From: Antechinus flavipes
Lineage: Eukaryota
NCBI RefSeq assembly: GCF_016432865.1
Contig: NC_067402.1
Coordinates: 1,054,001 to 1,118,000, forward strand
Length of the DNA: 64,000 bases
Direction: 5' to 3'
A model generated the notes under the pieces. It was not told where the DNA came from. It saw only the letters and a list, made by a program, of their open reading frames with translations, and did not search any database. Position 1 is the first letter of the stretch; the number at the start of each line of letters is the position of its first letter. Below, piece after piece: positions 12,751 through 34,640 of the stretch. The position numbers were made by a program, and so were the translations under genes.

Positions 12751-13750
12751 GACCGAGCAGCGGCCACCCGGCAGCCCGAAGGCGGGGGCCGGGGCTGAAA
12801 CCAGAGGGAAGGGAGGCCGGAGAGAGAGCCGGCGGAGGAGCGGGAGCGCAGGGAACCGAAGGCCAGCTCCGCCAGCCACAACAACTCCAGCACTCACTCC
12901 TCCTGCGCCGGCCCTGCGGGGCGTGCCCGGGGCTCCTCCCTCCTCCCAGGACCAGTGCCCGGAGGGAACAGGGTGGCCAAGCTCGGGCTCCTCGGCCCGA
13001 GGGAGGCGCCGCGGGCGGGGGCGGGGGGGGGAGCGGGGAGGGCTGCCTGCTGTCTGCCTGCGGACCTGTCCGTCTGTCTGGGTCGGGGGCGTCCAACTCC
13101 CCAAAGGCTAAAAGGCCGGGGTCGGGGAGTCCCCTAGTCGGCAGGCATCGAAGGCCAGAGTCCGGGGTGTGGGGAGGGAGGACGCGGGATTGCCGAACTC
13201 CGACAGACACATTGCCCGACGGAGACCGAGACGCGCACGGGCGGATTCACTGGCGCTCAGAGTCCGCATCCCTTGGACCAGGAGTTCTCGGACCCTTTTT
13301 CCCTCTCCCCAGGAGTGTTCTCGGACCCCCCCCCCTCCGGGAGCGTTCTCGGATCCTTCCCACGTCCGGCTCCCCTCTCGCAGTGGAGGGACTGTTAGGC
13401 GGCGGAGGGAGCGGCGGCGCTCCCAGGGCTGAGGGATCCTGCTGGGATGGGAGAGGGAACCTGCTTCAGCCCAGATGCCCCGAATATCCGAGCCCCGCCT
13501 CTCCCACTCGGCTCCCTAGGAACGGCGGTGCCAGCCTCTGCCCAGGTCACTGAGCGCGCGCACACAGCCAGCAAGTTAGCGGGGCGCGGGGTGGCTCGTG
13601 GAGTGCTGGGATCTGGGCCAGGAAAGGCGCGGGCTGGAGCCGGGCTGCAGAGTACGCTGGACGGACTGCCAGTGAGGGCCAGCCTGGGGGAGGGAGGGCG
13701 TCCCGGCCTAGAGGGGAGGGGAGGTAGAGAGGAACGGGGGCGTCCCATCT
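12300..13750 (-). promoter_or_regulatory. CpG-island promoter of the PON3-like gene
   Basis: CpG-dense region around exon 1; GGGCGGGGGCGGGG GC boxes at ~13013-13030; boundaries approximate. Confidence 0.7.
12677..12750 (-). CDS. PON3: PON3-like exon 1
   Basis: ATG at 12750-12748, 74 nt, canonical donor. Confidence 0.85.
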
Positions 13751-14093
13751 AGAGGGCAATGAGAGCAGGAAAGCTGGGGGCGGTGGGGGAGGGGGGAAGC
13801 TGTTCCCTGGACTGAGGAGAGGAAGTTTCCTCAGCCAAATGTCCTCGTTCCCTAACCGACCTGCGCCTATACACTCACTGCCCTAACTGCTGGGGCCACA
13901 GATGCCCTTCCAGAGCTTGAATACTGGGCCCCGCAGAGGGGAGAGTAATCCAGGGGGGCGCAATGGTGAGAAGACATGGAGAAGCAAATTTAGAGGAGAG
14001 GGAGGGAGAAAAGAGGAGGGAAGGAGTGAGAGGGGGATAAGGCCAGTGGCACTGCTCTCTGAGAAAGGCTCTGGGAGAGGAGCTGGAGGTGGC

Positions 14094-14458
14094 TGTAATG
14101 TTCCAGCTCGCTTTCTGGAGATCCTTCACACGGCCTTGGTCTCACCAGGATAGACACCATGAGAATGGTCAAGAATAGAGTCTAGAGTCTTTATTCTGGC
14201 CCGTCTTGATCTTAGTGCAGGAGGCAGGAGACAGGAGAGCCACCAGGAGGCTGGGCAAAGGTGGAATGGCTTTTTTCCAGTCCTTGTTGGCCCTTATATA
14301 CCTTATTGTAATTACATCATTATGGCACAGAGTATGTGTGAGCTAGAGAGCCATGACATCACCGGGCTAAGTACTAAGTATATATGGAAACTAGAGAACC
14401 ATCAGTTCCACGGAGTTAACACCTTGTTGTAAGTATCCCTTGCTTCAAGTAGAACACA
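14094..14458 (-). mobile_element. Short solo LTR (~365 bp) upstream of the PON3-like gene
   Basis: TGTAAT...AACACA termini; minus-strand TATATAA (14294-14300) then AATAAA (14190-14195); TSD only imperfect (GGTGGC/AGTGGT). Confidence 0.65.
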
Positions 14459-16639
14459 AGTGGTCAGGCTCTTGGCTTAAAGAGAACACCAAAGAGAGGT
14501 GGGGAGCCAAAGCAGACCCTGTCAGCAGGTTCCCTCTGGGCTGAAGGGTCTTACACCTTACCCAGAGTCCCCCCACTATCTGCAGCCCTCTACAGCTGGC
14601 CATTTAGGGAGGTTTCAGATTCTAAGAGACAGAAATGAAGCTGGAGAGCGTTCCAGCCCCAAGGAAGAACAGCGTACCCTAGTCCCAGAGATGAAAGCTG
14701 GCAATCCTGTGCTGGGAACGGTGGGCAGTCAGTTTGTCTGGCTGCTGCAAGGAGATTCAGTGTGGACCAGTTAACGGAAGCCGGGCTCTGTGTGTGCAGG
14801 GCAGAGAGGTTTGGAAGAGACCACAGAGGCACCCGGAGTGTCGAGTCAGAGACCCACGATTCAGAAATATCGTCTGGTCTCTGTGTGGGGGATGGATTGG
14901 AGATGGGGAGAGACAACTCTGGAGCTAGAGCAAATGGAGAGGAAGAAGGGATGAAGGTGAGGATCCTATGGGGGCTGTGAGTGTGGAGAGAAAGGATGAG
15001 TGGGACAGCAGTGGAGACATGGGGGACTAGACGGGGCCACTGTTTGGACGTGAGGGGAATAAGAAAGAGGAAAGTTGTGGATGCCTCTAGTGTCAAATCC
15101 AGAGGCCTGGAAGAATGATAGGGCTGTCGACAGGAAGGGGGAAGTGAGGCTGACAGGAGGGTCGGGGAAGAGATGTCCAGTTCTGTTTTGAACTTGTTGA
15201 TTTTTATGATGCTGATGAAATAAACATTAACAAACTAACTCATTAACAAAGGGAGAAGAAAAAAGTTCAGTAATCATATACTAAGCACTTACTAGATGCA
15301 AAGCACCTTGATAGGTGCTAAAGGAGATAAAAAGTTGAAATGACAGATCCCTGTAACACTAATTACTGTCATTTATTTAAATGCAGTACCGTTTATATCT
15401 AATTACTGTGCACCACAGTAGCAATTGTGTATATCATTAAATAAATGTTAAATTAGGAACAAAAAGACCTTTAATGATTTGGAATTGCCTATCTCCCATG
15501 GTCTCCTACTCTACCTTGGGAGATTTAGCAATTTGCTAGCTGAAATCTGGCTCCATGGAATAGTGCCCAGATAAGTGACAGGCGAAGTCCAGCAAACAGA
15601 AATGCCTATAATAAATGCAGTGTTATATAATATGAACCCCAATTTTACAATAAGGTACCACAAAAGAAAAAGAAAACTCTGAATGTCTTCTCTGGTCTGA
15701 AGGGAGGCCCCAAATTGTACACAGATTCTTCAGATTTCAGTTCAATCTTTGTCATTGTTCTCACTTGCCAGTCTGATGGTTGGAGGTGGAACTCAAGTGC
15801 TTTAATCTGCATTTATCCAATTCTTAGGGATTTAGAACTTTTTTTTATAGTTTTCCCTTTTCATTCTAATGGAATGTCAACCAGACCTGAATTGACCTTT
15901 AACCTGTGGGTAGTCTGAACCAAACAGAGCAGGCTAAAGACAAGAGAGAAAGTAATCAAATAGAAGTGAGGAAATATTTGCAAGTGGAAGCCCCACCCCC
16001 TTCCTGGGAAGCAGCACTTAACATGCTGGGGCAAAAGGAGGGTTTACGTACATAAAAAACCACATTGGGGTTGGACACCAACACAATCATTCTTAGGTCA
16101 TGAGTAGCCGTGCCCACGGTTGGCATTTCTTGGGACAATAAAGGTGTTCTTGGGTCCCGTGGGAACAGTCTGCACGTTGCATAGGGGTCATTGAGCCTTG
16201 TGATCATTCAGTGGGGGTACAGGGTCAGAGTTAGCATGTCAGGAACAGGAACGCAGTCGCTGGTGCTTGGCAGCTACAAGAACTAGGATTATGAGCATGT
16301 TGAGAGATGTGATGGATGGATGAATTGTCTCAGTCCTGCAGCTGAGACAGTGGGTTTCCAGGTATATGGGTAGAGATATAGATGTTAGCTAGATGGTGAT
16401 GGTGGTCAGTCATTTCAGTCATGTCCAACTCTTTGTGAACCCATTTGAGGGTTTTCTTGACAAAGATCTTAGAGTGGTTTGTCATTTCCTTATCTAGCTC
16501 ATTTTACAGATAAGGAAACTGAAGCAGACAGCTTCAGGTCACACAGCTAGGAAGTGTCTGAAGCTAGATTTGAACCCCGGAAGATGAATTTTCCTGATTC
16601 CAGATCCAGTACTAGATCCACTGGGTTGCTTGGCTATGC

Positions 16640-17160
16640 TAAATGGATGGATTGCTAGGTGGATGTTAGATAGATGTTGGATTGATGGAATGATGCATGT
16701 TACATTGATAGATGTTAAATAGCTAGATTGGTGTTAGGTGATGGATGGACAGAAAGACAAAAAGATAGACAAATGGATGGATGGATAGATGGGCTGAGTG
16801 TGTGGATGGACAGACAGATGGATGATAAAGAGGTGTTGGATAGACAGATATAGATGCAGATAGATTCATAGATAGGTGATAGATGTGTGTGTGTATGTAC
16901 ATTAGAGAGACTGATAGATGTTAATAGACAGAGACAGACAGAGAAGGGATAGATAGAAAGAGAAACAGACATATAGACAGACAAATGGCTAGATGGATAG
17001 ATAGAAACACAGACATATAGACAGACAGACATGGATAGTTAGATAGATAGAAACACATATATAGATAGGTATATAGGTAGACAGACAGTTAGATAGATGG
17101 ATGGATGGATGGATGGAAACACAAACATAATAGACAGACAGACAAACAGACAGAGAGATA
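16640..17160. repeat. Complex (GATA/GACA/GATG)n microsatellite
   Basis: Directly visible tetranucleotide mosaic. Confidence 0.9.
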
Positions 17161-17959
17161 GCTGTCATTTATTAAGTACTTAGTTTGTGTCAGCACTGCT
17201 AAGTAGTTTACAAATATTATTTCACTCCATCCTCACAACACTGGGAGTTATATGTGCTGTTAATACCCACATTTTTCAGTTGAGAAAATTGTGGCAGATA
17301 GGTTAGTTGTCTAGAATCGCCTGGCCAGTGAGCATCAGGCCCTCCTCCAAGCCCAGCTGTGTGCTCTCCAGCACCTCCTACTGACGGCTAATTCTCCCGT
17401 CACTCTCCTGTCAATTCTGGGGTTATCAGCAATCAGGTGCTTTAGATCCCTGAATCTCTGAGGTGATCTCTCCACCATCTTTTTCCTGTCTTTTTTCATT
17501 CCTGGAATTCTCAAGGGGGCTAGTCCTGCTGCTCTAGAGAATGCCATAGAGGAACATGCAGCTCAGAACCAGAAGGGAAGGGACCATGATGGCGCGGCTG
17601 GCTTACTACCTGATGTTGCTCTGTGGCATGGATTTCCCCAGGCCTGATTTCAGGGAGATTGATGTTTGGATTCAAACCTATTTCATTCCTGAAGTGGGCT
17701 CTCCTGCCTGCCTTTGGAGGCAAAACAAAACCATGTGTTTTGAGATGTCTAGAGTGTAACCAGTCAGTCAGCAAGCATTGGTTAAGCACCTATTTTGTGT
17801 CAGGCCCTAAGCCAAGTGCTGAGGACACAAGAAAGTCAAAAACCAGTTCCTGTCCTCAAGGAACTCCCTATATAATGGGGGAGACAACTAGCAACCAATT
17901 AGCTAAACACATGCCGGTTGGTTGTTGTCCTTTGTTCTCAAAGAGAAGTAAAATGATAT

Positions 17960-19330
17960 CACTATGTTAGCGTGGAGTTTCCCTAAGTCTGACTGTAGTT
18001 GATCAGACCAATATGAGCTTGGAGCTCTCCGCCACAGGTCAGACACAAATAGTCCCTATGAACATTTGGGAAGCTTCTCTAATTTTGTGCATCTTGCATT
18101 TCTTCTGGGTTAATTCTGTTCTGTTCTGCTCAGAGAGCAGAGCATTTTGTCCGATGAGGGCACGCCAGGCTAGGCGGTCCTGGCCCGTGTTCTGTTCTAA
18201 ATCCCTTAGGAGAGATCTTGAGAGTGTCCTTGTATTGCTTTTTCTGACCACCTTGTGAGCACCTTCCCTGGCTGAGTTTTCCATAAATTTTTTTGGCAAA
18301 CATACATTTGGCATTTGAACAATGTGGCCAGCCCGAGAGTTGCGCTCTCTGCAGCAGAGCTGGGATGGTTGGCAGTTTAATTGAAGAAGGGACCTCTGTG
18401 TTTGGTACCTTCCCCTGCCCGGTGATCTTCAGAATCTTCCTAAGACAATTCAAATGGAAATGACTCCATTTCCTGGTGTGGCGCTGGTAGACTGTTCACG
18501 TTTTAAAGCGTACATCAATGAGGTCAGCACAATGGCTCTAGAGACCTTCATTCTGGTAGTCAGTCTGTCCCAGTCTATAAAATGCCAGTGTTTGTTGTGA
18601 GGATGCTGAGAGGGTCATGAGAGGAATAGTAAAGGCCCATTGCTGTTTCCAACTCCATTCTGCCAAGAACTCCCCGACATAGCTGGTGGTCCGAGCCCAC
18701 TCTAGCACCTCATTGCTGCTTCCAATGAGAAGATGGCCTTGTAACCTTGGCCACCTTAATGCAGAGTTGTGCTCCCGATGTATCTGCACCTGCTGCTTCA
18801 CCACTCATCCATCCCACAGGGGTTTGAGAGCAGAAGGGGTAAAAATGGAATGGAGATATCTCTTGGTTCATGTGTAAATTGGATTTAAGTGAGGTAGAGT
18901 TGCATGAAGTCATCGGTCTCACTCTCTCTTCCAGAGCCACCATTGTCCTGTGGCAGGACACAGTCAAGACAACTGGTGACGACTTAACTGTGGTGGATGT
19001 CCTTGATGTCTTCGATGTCTAAACAATCTCTAAGTGACCTGCTTCATCCGCTTTCTCTGCCTTCATTGTTCTCATCTGCCCATTCTAACAGGGGAAGTCT
19101 TTACATACTTCGGGTACACACACCTCTAACTCATCGTAGGGTTTGGCTTACCCTCAACTTGGGTTAGCCCATCTGATGTAATGGATTGCTGGAGTGTGGC
19201 TGCTGTGCATGCTACAGGTGAGAGTTAGGGGGATCAGGTGGACACCAAAGGTGGGAAGTGGCCCTGAAAAGGACTCAGCAGCCCTCACCCCGGAGGGACT
19301 GGTCTTCCCTGAACATATCCTACATGATGT
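17960..19330 (-). mobile_element. Internally deleted RTE-clade LINE (RTE-1-like)
   Basis: ORF 18130-18453 translates as the RTE RT C-terminus (CLRKILKI...LQRAQL...GGQKKQYKDTLK); RTE-like 5' sequence at ~18890-19330. Confidence 0.75.
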
Positions 19331-20321
19331 AGAGAGAGTAAGAGAGAAGGTATTGTAAGGGAGAAAAGTACTAGCAGTGGGGGGATCTTTTTTGAATCAA
19401 GCCCTGAAGGAAGTTAGGGAATTTTGTCAGAGATCATGATTGCTATTCTTGGTTTTTTTTTTTTACATTAACTGAACCATAATGAATTCCACTCCAGCCT
19501 TTTATATTTGCTTATATATTTATATTCTATATATAAGCTAATCTTTTATGTTGCTTCCCTCCCATTCAGTGATATTTCACACTCTATTTCCAAATAGATC
19601 CTATCACATCAGGATTACTTGAAGGAAATGGGATATTTGGTCTGGAAACAAGGAGATTTAAGGAGGACTTCAAGTATTTTGGATCTTGGGCCCAGAGCAG
19701 ATCGATGGAATAGGTAGCGATGACTTTACCCTCTGCATTATCTCATGTTATGTGTGTCAGAGTTTGTGGGACCCAGACACAAGAATACTGGACCCCAGGG
19801 ACATGGAACTGTGTGATGTGAAGCCCCTGGGGGTCGTACCCCCTACTGCGCGTTCCTCTTTTTTGAACCGAGACTTGATCGTGCTATAAGGTGAGCCACG
19901 GAAGCGTCACCTGGGAGTTGGTACCCAATACTTTCTGCCAGTACTTCCAGAAGCGCGCACATTTATTCGTTTGTTTTTAGTCCCGCGTTCAGAGCCGGCA
20001 ATGACCTGTCTGGGTATCACAGCACAAACCGGATTTGAATCCGGGTTTTTTTATACAGTCCGTTCTAGACAAGCATTGGGAAGTGGGTAACCTACGCCAG
20101 CGTAGTCTGGAAAGACGCGGCCTTCCGAACCGGCACCGCCCCCTGCCTCACGTCAAGGGGTTGGACATTTTCTGCTTTGGGCTCCCAGAGAGCCGAGGCT
20201 CACCTGCTGGCCAGCTCCTTCCGCAGGGAGCGGGGAGAGGCGGCGTGGGAGGGAATTCTAACATTTTCCTCCTTGGCTGGATGAGACTTGGTAAAAGAAT
20301 GGCTCTTGGGGAGGGGCGCTG

Positions 20322-20468
20322 GCTCCCGTAGCCCGCTTCCCCTCCGCCTCCTCGCGCTGCTGCAGGCCAGGCGGGCCCAGCCCTCTGGGACCCCTCGTTC
20401 CCCCGGGAGGGCCCCTGGCCAGAGTCCCCTCCATAGGGGCTGTCTGCAGGGTCGGCCCTTCTGGGACC
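20322..20468 (+). repeat. Inverted duplicate of PON2 intron 8 5' half (other arm 21544-21683)
   Basis: Hand alignment ~85% identity over ~140 aligned nt with a few short gaps. Confidence 0.9.
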
Positions 20469-20905
20469 ACGGCGGGCGAGCCTGGTGCACGAAGAGGGAG
20501 CTCCAGGGCTCTGGGAGGAGGCGTCAGCACAGACTAGCCGTGGAAACGCTGACTGACCCCGCCGCGCCCGCCGCCCGAAGCCTGCCCTGGAAGGGGCTCT
20601 TTCATTCGGTGGAAGCCGGAGCCGGAGCCGGACCCACAGACGGCGGCGGGCTGAGCAAAGGCGGCTCAGAAACTGGAGGGAGCGCGCTCGTCCCGGGGAC
20701 CCGTGAGACCGCCACGGCCGACGCACAGACGGGGACGGCGGGGCCCGGACGGCGCAGGTGCCCCCGGGGCACGAACGCAGGACGACCCCGCTCCGGAGGA
20801 GGGGCCGCGGGGCCCGAGCGCTGCGCTGGCTTCTCCTCGCCCTTTGGAGCGCTGCGGGAGAAGCGGCGAGGAAGGGCAGGCTAAGCCCCGGTGTGTTTAG
20901 GGGCT

Positions 20906-20911
20906 TTTATT
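20906..20911 (-). terminator. PON2 polyadenylation signal AATAAA
   Basis: tttatt on plus strand, ~300 nt past the stop; first canonical hexamer seen in the 3'UTR. Confidence 0.7.
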
Positions 20912-21214
20912 TGTTAGTAAAGGAGTCCGTTTCTGGGCGCCCACAGGCGGCGTCGGAAAGGAGACCGGGACAAACCGTTGCAGCTGGAACCGCGGGCCCC
21001 CAGCAGGGGGAGCCACAGAACAGCGCCAGGGATCGCTGGGGTCCCGGCCAGCCTGGCACTGCCCGGCGGGCACAGGAGGCAGGGCCGCGGTCCGGAGCGC
21101 GCCCTCCTCACCCGCGGCCCCTCCTCGCCCGCGGCCCCTCCCGCTCCGAGAGCTTCCCCGGGAGGAACAAATCCCAGTGACTTCAGCGTCAGGGAGAGCC
21201 GGGCCGCGCTGCCC

Positions 21215-32121
<10,907 letters not shown>

Positions 32122-33315
32122 GGCCGCTCCTGGCCCCGGCTCAGCCCCGGGACCCCGCCCTCTGCCCGCCTCCGCTGCCCCCAGGCTCCCGGCTCCGCCT
32201 CCATCCGCCGGGTTCCCAGGCTCCGGCGGTCCCTGAACCCGCGGGAGGCCGGATCCCAGCTTCCAGACTTATCTCTGGGGAACTGGGGCTCAGGACATCA
32301 CCCACCTCCTGACCCCCCCTTTCCCCTTCCCTATCTCCTCTCACCGAGCGACCCTCCTTTCTTCCCAGCTCCCTCCCTCTGCCTCTCCCCCGCTCCTCCT
32401 CCCGCCCTCTCCTGTCATTCTCACCCGCCCCCTCTCACCCACTCTCCAGTCTCTCGCTCTTTCGCCTTAAGTCGACGGTCCAGAACAGAACCACACAAAC
32501 CCGCAGGATCTTGTCCCGACGACCCCTCCCCCAAAGGGCTTCTTAGCGGCCGCTGCGTCTCCCTGGCGCCCCCTTGCTGCGTGGGCCCCGAGCCCTCCTT
32601 GGGGTGACAGAAAACCGGCGTGGAGGAGGGAGAAGGGGGGGGAATCTCCCTTTCTCCGGCTTGAAAAAAAAGTTTGTGGGACTGAAATGAATTGCACAAC
32701 CACTTCACCCCCCCCACCCCCATCTCTTCGGGATGTGTATTAGACACATCCCTGAAGGGAAACTTGCGCCTTCCCCACGTTTGCGAAAGGTTCGAGGAAC
32801 TCTGGTCCAGTTGGATTTCTTGTAGACAGGCTCCCCGTCACCCCCACCCCAAGTGACTGAAGTTTAATGAGATTCTTGGGTTCCAATATGGGGAGAGATG
32901 AACCCTGTCTGACAGGGGTGACCACTGGGGAAGTCAAAGCGTCGGGAAGACGTGGCCCCCCCTCCCCAGCCCACCTTCCCAGCGGGTGGCCTTGGCCGGA
33001 GTGGGCTGCCCCCAGCCTAGCCGGGCTCTGGGCTAGAACCGGGACCTGGGACAGAGCCGGGGCCGGGAGCAGAGCCGGGCGTGGGACAGAGCCGGAGCGG
33101 GGGGCAGAGCCAGAACACTTCCTCAGAAACCGTTTCCTCCTGGAGAAAACACGAGCTCACACCACAGTAACACAATAGAAATAGCCCCCCTTGGGGCTGT
33201 GCTGGGCCCGGCCGCCTGACGTGAGTTCTGGCAAGGTGATTACGCTCACATAAAAGTTCTTGCTCCTTTCTTGGCCATCATGAAGTGAGCTCTGCGCCCC
33301 TGGACACTGAATGTG

Positions 33316-33420
33316 AGTGTGTGTGGTGTGTGGGTGGGAGTGTGTGTGTGAGTGTGAGTGTGTATGCGTGTGATTGTGTAGGTGGGTGTGAGTGTGTGTG
33401 CGTGTATGAGAGTATGTGTG
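33316..33420. repeat. TG/GAGT microsatellite
   Basis: Directly visible. Confidence 0.9.
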
Positions 33421-33681
33421 TGGTGGGGGCAGGGACAACACCCCCTTGGGGCTGGCTACTCCTCCAGCGTCTTGCTAGGGCTCCGTGGCCGGCTGAGCCT
33501 CCTTGGGCTGCCGCGGAAGAGCGATTCCCGACGGCTGGGACCGGGGCCACCCTCCGCAGAGCCGCAACACTCACTAAGCCGTCTGACCTCCCGCCCGGCT
33601 CCTAATCCTAGTCCAAAGGTCCATGGGGGAGGGATTCCCTCCCGATTGCTGGAAGTGAAAGCTTCTGTCCTGGAGGTCTAG

Positions 33682-34640
33682 GAGATGGAAGAGCAGAGCA
33701 GGGGAGGATGAAAGAGCAGAGCAGGGGAGGATGAAAGAGCAGAGCAGGGGAGGATGGAAGAGCAGAGCAGGGGAGGATGGAAGAGCAGAGCAGGGGAGGA
33801 TGGAAGAGCAAAGCAGGGGAGGATGGAAGAGCAGAGCAGGGGAGGATGGAAGCAGAGCAGGGGAGGATGGAAGAGCAGAGCAGGGGAGGATGGAAGCAGA
33901 GCAGGGGAGGATGGAAGAGCAGAGCAGGGGAGGATGGAAGAGCAGAGCAGGGGAGGATGGAAGCAGAGCAGGAGAGGATGGAAGAGCAGAGCAGGGGAGG
34001 ATGGAAGAGCAGAGCAGGGGGAGATGGAAGAGCAGAGCAGGGGGGAATGGAAGAGCAGAGCAGGGGAAGATGGAAGAGCAGAGCAGGGGAGGATGGAAGA
34101 GCAGAGCAGGGGAGGATGAAGAGCAGAGCAGGGGGGAATGGAAGAGCAGAGCAGGGGAGGATGGAAGAGCAGAGCAGGGGAGGATGGAAGAGCAGAGCAG
34201 GGGGGGATGGAAGCAGAGCAGGGGGAGATGGAAGAGCAGAGCAGGGGGGAATGGAAGAGCAGAGCAGGGGGGGATGGAAGAGCAGAGCAGGGGAGGATGG
34301 AAGAGCAGAGCAGGGGAGGATGGAAGAGCAGAGCAGGGGAGGATGAAAGAGCAGAGCAGGGGAGGATGGAAGAGCAGAGCAGGGGAGGATGGAAGAGCAG
34401 AGCAGGGGAGGATGGAAGAGCAGAGCAGGGGAGGATGAAAGAGCAGAGCAGGGGAGGATGGAAGAGCAGAGCAGGGGGGGATGGAAGAGCAGAGCAGGGG
34501 GGGATGGAAGAGCAGAGCAGGGGGGATGGAAGAGCAGAGCAGGGGGGGATGGAAGCAGAGCAGGGGGAGATGGAAGAGCAGAGCAGGGGAGGATGGAAGA
34601 GCAGAGCAGGAGAGGATGGAAGAGCAGAGCAGAGCAGGGG
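33682..34640. repeat. 23-bp purine-rich minisatellite (GATGGAAGAGCAGAGCAGGGGAG), ~42 copies
   Basis: Tandem array with 21/22-bp and G-run variants. Confidence 0.97.

Noticed and set aside
12041-13210. 389-aa minus-strand ORF and overlapping ORFs in the PON3 CpG island
   Set aside because: Stop-poor GC-rich DNA; only the 74-nt exon is PON-like, in a different frame.
32730-32752. 9-bp stem, 5-nt loop hairpin upstream of PON2
   Set aside because: A few such hairpins are expected by chance in 64 kb.
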